A stretch of 44,783 nt of DNA from Candidatus Nealsonbacteria bacterium CG23_combo_of_CG06-09_8_20_14_all_40_13 (GTDB taxonomy: Bacteria; Patescibacteriota; UBA1384; UBA12157_A; GCA-002773005): the NCBI GenBank assembly GCA_002771215.1, contig PCRM01000025.1, positions 1 to 44,783 on the forward strand. Direction: 5' to 3'. Made by a program: the position numbers and the translations under genes. The notes beneath the pieces are model-generated. The model was not told the DNA's origin, ran no database searches, and saw nothing but the letters and a program-made list of their open reading frames with translations. Position 1 is the first letter of the stretch, and every line of letters begins with the position of its first letter. Positions 9,480 through 17,955 of this stretch are shown here, piece by piece.

Positions 9480-10891
9480 CAGTAGGCCCCTTTGCGCTTA
9501 AAAACGACAACAATGGTTTTAAAAATAATTTGTAAATCCAGCCACAATGACCAGTTTTCAATATAGAAAAGGTCCATTTTGACCCATTGTTCAAAAGAAA
9601 TGTCTGATCGGCCGGAAGCTTGCCAAACTCCGGTGATGCCGGGTTTGATTAGTAATCTCTTCCTTTGAAACGGGTTATATTTTTCTACCTCAACGGTCAT
9701 GGGCGGCCTGGGTCCAACGACACTCATATTTCCTTTTAAAACATTATAAAATTGAGGCAGTTCATCTAAAGAAGTGGCGCGCAAAAACTTACCTAAGTTT
9801 GTAATTCTGGGGTCATTTTTGAGCTTAAACATAACGCCGAATTTTTTCATAAACTTTTTGTGCTCTTCCTCTGCGCCAGTTTTCATTGAACGAAATTTGT
9901 AAAAAATAAAATTTCTTTCAGGGCCGACCCGCTCTTGCCTAAAAAATATCGGTCCCCTAGAATCCAATTTAATTGCGATGGCAATTACTAAAAACAGAGG
10001 AGAGGTAATAATCAATATCAACAGAGAAAAAATAAAGTCAAAAATTCTTTTCATAATTTTGCCCCAGCCATCTAATGGCGTTCGCTTGAATTCCATTATC
10101 GGCACACTGTCTAAATTGGTGACGACCATAAAACTAGCGCGGACATTGAATAAATTAGGACAGAGTTTAAAGTTAATTTTGTTTTCTTCGCAAAAATCAA
10201 TTAAATTTAAAACCTGATTTTCTGAAAGATTATGCTCGGCTAAAATAAGCTCATCAAAAGGGGTTTCCTTGATAATATGTGAGATATTATCGGCACAGCC
10301 CAGAAATTTGCCAAATCCTCGTGTCTTTTGCCGTTTATCTTTAAGAATAATACCTGTCAACTTAAAACCAAGTTTTTTATTATTTTGAATTTCATAAACG
10401 AGATTTTTTACCTGAGCGCTCATCCCAAAAATTGCTACGCGATGGACGCCGATGCCAAATCTGTATAAATATCTTTGTATATATGAGAGCAATAATCTAC
10501 CTATAACAATTAAGAAAAAAGTTAAGAACCAAACATAAAGAATGACAAGACGAGAGAAAAAAGATATTTTCGAGAAGAAAATATAGACCAAAATAATCAT
10601 CATTGCCGTAGAAACAGACAAAAATATGGTGAAAATAGGCAAACGGCTTTTGCATCCCTCAATTGATTTATAAAGTCCCCCGGCGGCAAAAACCAAAATC
10701 CACAGCGGCAAAAATATCAACACAAATCTCAAATATTGGTCAAAGGGCAGCATATAAGAAACCGGGACAAATTCCCAAACCTGTCTTAAAAAATAAGCGC
10801 CGAAAAATGCTAAAAGCACGGCGATTATATCTACTGGCAGTTTAATAAATGCGAAAAACAGCTCTGATCTTTTCAAATCAAGCTCCTGCAT
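9479..10891 (-). CDS. polyprenyl-phosphate sugar phosphotransferase (WbaP/EpsB-type initiating transferase)
   Basis: KRIFDFIFSLLILIITSPLFLVIAIAIKLDSRGPIFFRQERVG and DELPQFYNVLKGNMSVVGPRPP. I chose ATG 10891 because the TTG at 10966 lies inside the upstream terminator hairpin. Confidence 0.85.
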   Translation of the reverse strand: MQELDLKRSELFFAFIKLPVDIIAVLLAFFGAYFLRQVWEFVPVSYMLPFDQYLRFVLIFLPLWILVFAAGGLYKSIEGCKSRLPIFTIFLSVSTAMMIILVYIFFSKISFFSRLVILYVWFLTFFLIVIGRLLLSYIQRYLYRFGIGVHRVAIFGMSAQVKNLVYEIQNNKKLGFKLTGIILKDKRQKTRGFGKFLGCADNISHIIKETPFDELILAEHNLSENQVLNLIDFCEENKINFKLCPNLFNVRASFMVVTNLDSVPIMEFKRTPLDGWGKIMKRIFDFIFSLLILIITSPLFLVIAIAIKLDSRGPIFFRQERVGPERNFIFYKFRSMKTGAEEEHKKFMKKFGVMFKLKNDPRITNLGKFLRATSLDELPQFYNVLKGNMSVVGPRPPMTVEVEKYNPFQRKRLLIKPGITGVWQASGRSDISFEQWVKMDLFYIENWSLWLDLQIIFKTIVVVFKRKGAY

Positions 10892-10950
10892 CTGATTATA
10901 TAACAATACTTTTGTTTTGTAAACCCCATTAGGTGATTTATGGGCGAGAA

Positions 10951-10977
10951 ACAAGAAAAGACCCAAATTTCGGGTCT
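10951..10977 (-). terminator. weak intrinsic terminator after the 68-aa gene
   Basis: 6-bp stem agaccc/gggtct (10959-10964 / 10972-10977), followed on the minus strand by TTTCTTGT. Confidence 0.4.
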
Positions 10978-11007
10978 CTTCTCGCTTTCATTTCTGAATA
11001 AAATTTA

Positions 11008-11214
11008 TTATTTATCAGCTTTTTTCAACATTGGAAGACCGGTTCGTTCATTTTCCATAGTGGTATAGCCAGCTGGAAGGTCATCCATGGCGTTATCCTT
11101 TGCTTCGCGGGCGAAGTAGTAAATTGTTTGTTGTCGGCCGCCTCGCAAAGTGACATCCTTGGAGTGTAAGTAATAAGTTTCACCGGTTTTTTTTGATTGT
11201 ACGCTATATGCCAT
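11008..11214 (-). CDS. small hypothetical protein (68 aa)
   Basis: ATG at 11214 with SD GGAGGTG 7 nt upstream. Internally repeated TYYLHSK / TIYYFAR motifs. I could not assign a family. Confidence 0.6.
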   Translation of the reverse strand: MAYSVQSKKTGETYYLHSKDVTLRGGRQQTIYYFAREAKDNAMDDLPAGYTTMENERTGLPMLKKADK

Positions 11215-11331
11215 TGTAATCACCTCCTCTCTTTGTTGCCGACATTATTGAAGGCAACTTTATAAACACTTCTTATTTTCAGGTTAAGCAACAATTTTGT
11301 CAAGAGAAGCAACCTTAAATATAAAAATAAA

Positions 11332-11380
11332 CCTGTGGATATCTAAAATTTCAGAAAAGGAATCATAAGATATCCACAGG
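11332..11380 (-). terminator. 12/13-bp perfect inverted repeat with T-run (probable terminator; arms resemble DnaA boxes)
   Basis: Arms cctgtggatatc / gatatccacagg with a 25-nt loop. On the minus strand it is followed by TTTATTTTTAT. Each arm contains ATATCCACA, an 8/9 match to the DnaA box. Confidence 0.55.
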
Positions 11381-11389
11381 TTTAATTTA

Positions 11390-11440
11390 TCATTTTCCGC
11401 AGGTGCATTCTTCTTGGCCACAATCAGGACACGGTTCCAT
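11390..11440 (-). CDS. candidate micro-ORF, 16 aa, MEPCPDCGQEECTCGK
   Basis: ATG preceded by GGAAGGAGG at 5-nt spacing. The SD sits 9 nt after the thioredoxin-like gene stop. The TGA stop is 10 nt before the inverted repeat. Contains a CPxCG-type motif. Confidence 0.4.
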   Translation of the reverse strand: MEPCPDCGQEECTCGK

Positions 11441-11459
11441 AGTAACCTCCTTCCAAAAA

Positions 11460-11855
11460 TTATTTAAAATTTGATGTGACAGCTAATTCGTAAAGACTTC
11501 TCACTCCTTCATATTTCTTGCCATCAATTTTCCAGGTGGGGAAAGCGCCTATTTCTTCTTTTTGGCATTCTTCGGTTTGAGGATTTTGACCTTTGGGATC
11601 GCACTCCACATAATTTATTTTAGCAAAAGCTTCCGGTCCAAATAAATCCTTTTGTTGTTTGCAGGCACTGCACCAGTAGGCGCCATACATCTTGGCCCCG
11701 GAATCTGTCAGATGCTGGGCTAATTTAACAGCGTTAATATCCTCAATGCTGACTGGACTTTTAGAACTTTTTGCCGGCCAAAAAATTGCCACAAGAACAA
11801 TAGTAGTTACCAGTACGACGAAAGAAATAATCCCGATAATTTGATTTTTTTTCAT
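11460..11855 (-). CDS. membrane-anchored thioredoxin-like protein (VKOR-associated Trx-domain type)
   Basis: N-terminal TM helix. GAKMYGAYWCSACKQQKDLFG carries a CxxC motif, followed by INYVECDP...EEC...FPTWKIDGKKYEGVRSL. ATG 11855 has a GAGG SD; TTG 11867 is an alternative start. Confidence 0.75.
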   Translation of the reverse strand: MKKNQIIGIISFVVLVTTIVLVAIFWPAKSSKSPVSIEDINAVKLAQHLTDSGAKMYGAYWCSACKQQKDLFGPEAFAKINYVECDPKGQNPQTEECQKEEIGAFPTWKIDGKKYEGVRSLYELAVTSNFK

Positions 11856-11920
11856 CAAGAACCTCAAAATTATTTTATCAGAATTAAATAATTTGGAAAA
11901 TCCAATTTTTCTATTATTGA

Positions 11921-13366
11921 TTAAATTTTAACATATTTTAAAAATATTAAGGCAATAATTGATAAAGAAGAAAATATGAAGGCTGCCCAGCCAAACAGTT
12001 TTACCCAACCCGGATGAGTTTCACTACCCATAATATTTTTATCGTTGCCGACAATCATAATGACAAAAAGCAAAGGTGCGGCAACCACACCATTTAAAAA
12101 GGCGGCGTAATATAATGCCTTAATCGGACTTATACCGACGAAATTTAAGCCAAGCCCGATTAAAATAGATAAAATAATTACTAAATAAAAACTTTTAGCT
12201 ACGGAGAATTTTTTGTTCAATCCTTCGCGCCAGCCCATCAATTCAGCCAGAGCGTAAGCGCCCGAACCTGCTAATATCGGCACGGCTAAAAGGCCAGTGC
12301 CAATTATGCCTAGGGCAAAAAGTAGAAATGCTTGATTACCGGCCAAGGGTTGTAAAACCAGCGCCGCTTGCTGGGCAGAGTCGATATCCGTTATTCCGTT
12401 TTTAAATAAAACCTGCGCGGTGGTAAAAATAATAAAAAACATTACCAAATTAGAAAGAAACATACCGGTTTTGACGTCAGTTCGCATCACCGCAGTTCTA
12501 TCGGTTAAATTCACTTTTTCTCCGCTTTCAGAAGTGATATTATTTTCTTCAACTTCTTCCGAAGTTTGCCAGAAGAAAAGGTAAGGTGAAATTGTGGTGC
12601 CGAAAACCGCAATCATAGCGAATAAAAAATCATTGTTGAATTTCAAGTTTGGAACAAGCGCCTGCTTAAAAATATCCAGCCAAGCCGGATGAATAATAAA
12701 GCCGGTTATTATGTAGGAAAAAAGAAAAAGTGTCAGCCACTTTAAAAATTTTGCGTACAGGCGATAGGGGATGGCAACTTCAATAATTATGATAAAAGCA
12801 GCAAAAATAATCGCCGCAAGAATGAAATTAATTGGAATTAAAAGTTTTAATGAGGCGGCCATCGCGGAAATATCAGCGCCAATGTTGACAATGTTGGCGG
12901 TAATTAACAGAACAATAAAAAAAGCGACGACAATCTTTTTGTAATGCTTTTTTAATACTCCCGACAGCCCTTTGTTGGTGACAATGCCGATGCGCGCACA
13001 AGTTTCCTGCACTGCCATCATAAATGGTAAAAGCCAAAAGGCGGCCCATAACAGCCCCAAACCAAATTTAGCGCCCACCGATGAATAAGTGCCTATGCCC
13101 GACGGGTCGTCATCGGCCGCGCCGGTAATTAAGCCCGGTCCTAATGCTTTAATAAAAAGTTTTGTTTTTCTCCAAGGGTTTTTTAAAAATTTTTTAGTGC
13201 TGGCAACTTCGGTTTCGGCAACTCGGTATGTGCCGTCGGCCATTTTCACCGCGCTGATTAATCCCCAAACAATTAATTTGTGCGCTAAAAATAAGGGAAT
13301 GCCAGCAGCGCGTCTAAATTCCGACAGCGTCAGCAATGTTTTAGGACTTAATTCTTCAATCTTCAT
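11921..13366 (-). CDS. NRAMP-superfamily metal transporter with N-terminal HTH-like extension
   Basis: GPGLITGAADDDPSGIGTYSSVGAKFG is TM1 of an Nramp-related clade; about 11 TM segments. ATG 13366 is preferred over TTG 13372. Confidence 0.8.
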   Translation of the reverse strand: MKIEELSPKTLLTLSEFRRAAGIPLFLAHKLIVWGLISAVKMADGTYRVAETEVASTKKFLKNPWRKTKLFIKALGPGLITGAADDDPSGIGTYSSVGAKFGLGLLWAAFWLLPFMMAVQETCARIGIVTNKGLSGVLKKHYKKIVVAFFIVLLITANIVNIGADISAMAASLKLLIPINFILAAIIFAAFIIIIEVAIPYRLYAKFLKWLTLFLFSYIITGFIIHPAWLDIFKQALVPNLKFNNDFLFAMIAVFGTTISPYLFFWQTSEEVEENNITSESGEKVNLTDRTAVMRTDVKTGMFLSNLVMFFIIFTTAQVLFKNGITDIDSAQQAALVLQPLAGNQAFLLFALGIIGTGLLAVPILAGSGAYALAELMGWREGLNKKFSVAKSFYLVIILSILIGLGLNFVGISPIKALYYAAFLNGVVAAPLLFVIMIVGNDKNIMGSETHPGWVKLFGWAAFIFSSLSIIALIFLKYVKI

Positions 13367-13425
13367 TAGCAAATAACCAATCTTTATCTATCATAACATA
13401 AACTATATTTTGAATTGCCTTATCC

Positions 13426-14148
13426 TCAAATGCTGGCTAAATGAACAGCCGCGTAAAGGATAGCTATGCCAGCTAACGTCATCAGAGTTGTTAATATGGT
13501 TGGATGACGATGATGACTTTCCGGCAGTAAATCACTTGCGCCGATATACAAGAAAAAGCCGCAGAACAGAGCCAGAATAAGGCCTAATGTTGCCTCCGGT
13601 ACAGAAAAAAACAGCGTTGATAACAACCCCAACGCTGGTGCAAAAGCATCCACCAACAACCATTTGAAGGCCTGCCGGGGAGAGCCGAAGTTTTTTAAAA
13701 TTAAATTAATGGTATTAATCCCATCGGAGAAATCATGAGCTAACACGGCTATAGCAATAATAGCGCCAACTGCCGGTGAAACTTTGAACGCCAAACCAAT
13801 CGCCGCTCCATCTAAAAAACTGTGGATGGAAAGCGTTGTCGCACCGATTTGCCCCCGGTGGTTCTTATTGCCGCATTGTTCATCGCCATGAGCGTGAAGC
13901 GAAAAAAAGCGGTCTAATAGCATAAAGAGGGTAAAGCCGAGCGCCACAACGGAAGTAATTATTGAGCTGTTAAATTGCTTAGAACCCAAAATAGTCGCTT
14001 CGGGCAATAAATCAAAAAAAGCCACGCCTATCATAGCGCCGGCGCTAAATCCCAAAATAAGATGAAGCTTATCTTTAAATTTCAGGGCGAATAAACCACC
14101 CAAGAAAGTAGCTACAACTGTCAATAAACCAATCAGAATAATAACCAT
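13426..14148 (-). CDS. ZIP family metal (zinc) transporter
   Basis: AHDFSDG and GASDLLPE motifs, a His-rich loop HAHGDEQCGNKNHRG, and 8 predicted TM helices. Confidence 0.85.
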   Translation of the reverse strand: MVIILIGLLTVVATFLGGLFALKFKDKLHLILGFSAGAMIGVAFFDLLPEATILGSKQFNSSIITSVVALGFTLFMLLDRFFSLHAHGDEQCGNKNHRGQIGATTLSIHSFLDGAAIGLAFKVSPAVGAIIAIAVLAHDFSDGINTINLILKNFGSPRQAFKWLLVDAFAPALGLLSTLFFSVPEATLGLILALFCGFFLYIGASDLLPESHHRHPTILTTLMTLAGIAILYAAVHLASI

Positions 14149-14207
14149 TCAACGCCTTTCTTAATAACGACAATTCTATTTTACAGGAAATTTTTATTAT
14201 CTCAATC

Positions 14208-14237
14208 TTGACCTAATATGTAAAAAATAGTTAAAAT
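14208..14237 (+). promoter_or_regulatory. sigma70-like promoter directly abutting the ddl ATG
   Basis: TTGACC (14208-14213), 18-nt spacer, TAAAAT (14232-14237). The ATG at 14244 is 6 nt after the -10 element. Confidence 0.45.
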
Positions 14238-14243
14238 CAAACC

Positions 14244-15179
14244 ATGAATACGAAGAAAAAAGTCGGTTTAATTTACGGCGGCAATTCATTTGAACATGAA
14301 GTTTCGAAAATGACAGCACAATCGATTAGAGAAAATATAGATCAATCTTTATTTGATATTAAAGAGATTTATATTGATAAGAGCGGCAATTTTGATAAAA
14401 CGCTTTTAAAAGATATTGAGGTGGCCTTTTTAGCCATTCATGGTCCAAATTGCGAGGATGGCAAACTACAAAAATTTTTACAGGACAACGGCCTTAAATA
14501 CACCGGCTCAGGCGCCAAAGCGAGCCAAATTAATATGGACAAAATCATTATGCATGATTATTTTCGAAAAGCCGGCCTAAATACCGTTAGCTATTTTGGT
14601 TTCAATAAAATTTTTCCTATTAAAGATATTAAGAAGTCGGTTAATAAATTAGGGCTCCCCATCATTGTAAAACCTAATAATACTGGTTCTTCGATTGGAA
14701 TTTTAAGAGTTGAAAATATTGATCAGTTAGACGATGCCCTTAAAGAAGCTTTTAAGTATGATAATAGAATCATTATTGAAAAGGCAGTGTTAAATCCACG
14801 AGAGCTTGAGGTAGCCGTTTTAGGAAACGATAAATTACTTACCAGCAAGCCTGGAGAGATCTTCACTCATGGCCAAGTTTATTCCTATGAAAACAAATAT
14901 TGCAAACCATTTAAGACTAACAAAGTGGCTGAAGAATTGTCGAAAACTCAAGTTGATCAATTGAAAGAAATGGCCGAGACTGCCTATTGTATAACTGGTT
15001 GCAAGGGTTACGCCAGAATTGATTTTTTTATGGATCAAAATGGTCAAATTTATATTAATGAAATAAATACATTGCCAGGTTTTACTAAAATAAGTATGTT
15101 TCCACAATTGATGCAAGCATTAGGATTCAGTTATCAAGATTTGATCACTGAGATTATTCAACTAGCTCTCAAAAAATAG
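14244..15179 (+). CDS. ddl: D-alanine--D-alanine ligase
   Basis: VGLIYGGNSFEHEVS N-terminus and an ATP-grasp C-terminus ARIDFFMDQNGQIYINEINTLPGFT. Confidence 0.9.
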   Translation: MNTKKKVGLIYGGNSFEHEVSKMTAQSIRENIDQSLFDIKEIYIDKSGNFDKTLLKDIEVAFLAIHGPNCEDGKLQKFLQDNGLKYTGSGAKASQINMDKIIMHDYFRKAGLNTVSYFGFNKIFPIKDIKKSVNKLGLPIIVKPNNTGSSIGILRVENIDQLDDALKEAFKYDNRIIIEKAVLNPRELEVAVLGNDKLLTSKPGEIFTHGQVYSYENKYCKPFKTNKVAEELSKTQVDQLKEMAETAYCITGCKGYARIDFFMDQNGQIYINEINTLPGFTKISMFPQLMQALGFSYQDLITEIIQLALKK

Positions 15180-15273
15180 CCATTCAAAAATACTTCAAGG
15201 TCTGATCTTTCCCTCAAAAAATCTTGAAATCTTTTCAGGAAGAAGCCGATTTAGCGGCGATTTAGCCGTAGTG

Positions 15274-17955
15274 TTAATTATTTACTTGGGAAGAAAACCG
15301 ACGATGGAATAACTTTCTTACCTCTTCTACCAGAACAATCGATAATCCGGTAGCAATAATTAAAATCCAATCAAAAAGCGATAAAGCCGTTGTATGTAAA
15401 ATCTTCTGCATCAACGGGTTATAAACAGCCAAAAACTGAAGAGATACCACAATAATTGTCGCCCCGACTAAAAACTTATTGGAAAAAGGTCTCATCTGGA
15501 AAATGGATTTATTTTCCGATCGGCAATTCCAGGCATTAAGCCATTGAAACACAGCTAATGTTGTCAAAGATATTGTCCAAGCTTTTGTAATATCTGTCTG
15601 ATAAAATCTCTGAAAAAGCCATAATGCACCTAATGCCATTGGCGCTGCCATCAAAAACATTCTCTTTGCCATCAAGGAGTCAACAAGCCACTTGCTAGCT
15701 CTTTTGAATTTTCCTTCCAATAATCTGTCTTCTTTCGGTTCCATCGCTAACGCCACATCCAAAAATCCGTCGGTGACTAAATTGAGCCAAATAATTTGCG
15801 CGGGTAGTATTGGAAGTGGCCACCCCACAAACAACGCCCCGGTAATAGTCAAAACCTCACCAATGCCGGTGGAAAAAAGATAAAGGATAACTTTTTTTAT
15901 GGTTTTGTAGATTGCCCGGCCTTCTTCGACTGCTGAAATAATTGTGCCGAAATTATCGTCCTGCAGCACAATATCGGCTGCTTCTTTGGCAACTTCGGTG
16001 CCAATTTTCCCCATTGATATCCCAAGATCAGCAGCCACCAGAGAAGGAGCATCGTTTACTCCGTCACCCGTCATTGCGATAATTTCTCCTCTTTTCCGGT
16101 AAGCCCTGATTATTTTTAATTTATGTTCGGGGGTAACTCTGGCAAAAATTGTTACTTTAGAAAGTTTCTCTGAAAGTTCTAAATCAGAAAGTTTGTCTAT
16201 TTCTTCGCCCGTAAGAATTTCATCTCCTTCTTGGTAGATACCGGCTTCTTTGGCCACCGCACAAGCAGTAATTTTATGGTCACCAGTAATCATTACCACT
16301 TTTACCCCGGCAAGATTTGCTTTTTTCATGGCTTCATACACTTCAGGGCGAAGAGCATCTTTCATACCTAAAAATCCTACAAAAGTAAGTGACCGAACAT
16401 CCTCTGGTTTAAGATTTTCCGGCACTTTATCATTCTTAGCCAAGGCCACGATCCGCAACCCACCTTTAGACATCTCATGAAAAACTTGTTCAAGTTTTTT
16501 TATTTCTAAAACCGATAATCCTTCGACTTTTCCAGCATGCCAGACCTTTTGACAAAAACCCAAAATCGCCTCCGGCGCGCCAGCAACGGTAAGTATCTCC
16601 TGACCGTCCGTTTTTTGAACCGTCGCGTGAAATTTCAATTTATAATCAAAGGGTATCTCGCTAATTTTCGGCGAATCTTTTTCCAAATCGTCTCTATTTA
16701 ATCCTAATTTTTGGCCCAAAACTAACATTGCCGCTTCAGTAGGATCTCCCGTAATTTGCCATTGATTGTCAGAAGAAAACTTCAAATTGGCCCCTGAGCT
16801 AAAAGTCGCCAATTTACCCAGAAGTATTAATTCAGGGTAACCTTGAGGTGAGATTAGTTGCCCTTTAAGTTTTATTTCACCTTGGGGATTATATCCCTCG
16901 CCCGTCACATCAAAAAACTCGTTGTCAACAAAAATTTTTTCAACAACCATTTCATTTTTGGTAATTGTACCCGTTTTATCGACAGCAATAACTTTTGTTT
17001 GGCCCAAGGCCTCAACCGCCTGAAGTTTCTTAATCAGAGCATAGCGCTTGCTCATTCTCCAAACACCGCTGGCCAAAATCAAAGTCATAACGATTGGCAA
17101 GCCCGCGGGTATAATAGAGACCGTTAATGAGACAACGGTTCTAAACATTTCTGACAGAGGTTTCCCCGACAACAAACCTAAAACAAACAAAGCTGTCCCA
17201 ATGCTTGCGACGGCAATTACAATCAATCGAGAGAGATAACGGATGTTGGTTTTTAACGGTATTTCCGTATCAATAGTCGTAATTTCTTTGGTAATTTTAC
17301 CGATAACTGTTTTCAGGCCTGTAGTCACGACGATTGCCGTGCCGCTTCCGGCAACGATATGGGTTCCTTTAAAAATCATGTTTTTTTGCTCTGAAACAGG
17401 CATTTCTTTTTGCTCTAACACATCAGTAATCTTGCTGACCGGTTTCGATTCGCCTGTTAACGCTGCTTCGTCAAGGCGAAGGTTGTTAGATTGGAGAATG
17501 CGGGCGTCAGCCGGCACTTTTTCGCCTTCCCGAAGGACTATCACATCGCCCGGGACCAGTTCATAATCGAAAACAATAGTTTCTTTGCCGTCGCGGAGAA
17601 CAGCTGTTTTAGTTTCAACGAATTTTTTAAGTGCTAAAAGAGTATTGTGAGCTTTGCCCTCCTGAATTGTTCCGACGCAAGCATTAAAGATAAGGACAAA
17701 AAAGATCATCAAACCGTCGGTATACTCTTTCATCAGCAGTACAATCAGGCCGGCAATAAAAAGAATATAGATCAAAGGGCTTTTAAACTGGCGGAGAAAA
17801 ATCGTAAAATAGCCTTCCGCTTTTGCTTCAGGAAGCTTATTTAGCCCGTATTCTGCGAGTTTTTGCTTTGCTGCCTCAGATGTCAATCCCTCATGCGAAC
17901 TATTTAATTTGGGATAAATATCTTCGATACTAAAATTACACCAGGTTTTTTCCAA
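15274..17955 (-). CDS. P-type ATPase, P2 (Ca/cation-type) family
   Basis: DKTGTITKNEM, TGDGVNDAPSL, MITGDHKITA, TGES. TTG start with AAGGAGG 3 nt upstream. Confidence 0.92.
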   Translation of the reverse strand: MEKTWCNFSIEDIYPKLNSSHEGLTSEAAKQKLAEYGLNKLPEAKAEGYFTIFLRQFKSPLIYILFIAGLIVLLMKEYTDGLMIFFVLIFNACVGTIQEGKAHNTLLALKKFVETKTAVLRDGKETIVFDYELVPGDVIVLREGEKVPADARILQSNNLRLDEAALTGESKPVSKITDVLEQKEMPVSEQKNMIFKGTHIVAGSGTAIVVTTGLKTVIGKITKEITTIDTEIPLKTNIRYLSRLIVIAVASIGTALFVLGLLSGKPLSEMFRTVVSLTVSIIPAGLPIVMTLILASGVWRMSKRYALIKKLQAVEALGQTKVIAVDKTGTITKNEMVVEKIFVDNEFFDVTGEGYNPQGEIKLKGQLISPQGYPELILLGKLATFSSGANLKFSSDNQWQITGDPTEAAMLVLGQKLGLNRDDLEKDSPKISEIPFDYKLKFHATVQKTDGQEILTVAGAPEAILGFCQKVWHAGKVEGLSVLEIKKLEQVFHEMSKGGLRIVALAKNDKVPENLKPEDVRSLTFVGFLGMKDALRPEVYEAMKKANLAGVKVVMITGDHKITACAVAKEAGIYQEGDEILTGEEIDKLSDLELSEKLSKVTIFARVTPEHKLKIIRAYRKRGEIIAMTGDGVNDAPSLVAADLGISMGKIGTEVAKEAADIVLQDDNFGTIISAVEEGRAIYKTIKKVILYLFSTGIGEVLTITGALFVGWPLPILPAQIIWLNLVTDGFLDVALAMEPKEDRLLEGKFKRASKWLVDSLMAKRMFLMAAPMALGALWLFQRFYQTDITKAWTISLTTLAVFQWLNAWNCRSENKSIFQMRPFSNKFLVGATIIVVSLQFLAVYNPLMQKILHTTALSLFDWILIIATGLSIVLVEEVRKLFHRRFSSQVNN

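Noticed and set aside
10892-10966. TTG start at 10966 for the sugar phosphotransferase
   Set aside because: It would place the start inside the terminator hairpin of the upstream gene. The added residues are not part of the family N-terminus, so ATG 10891 is preferred.
15240-15273. Short direct repeat gatttagc(g/c)g x2 between ddl and the ATPase gene
   Set aside because: Only two 8-9 nt copies are present. It can form only 4-bp stems, so it is not a convincing terminator or repeat element.
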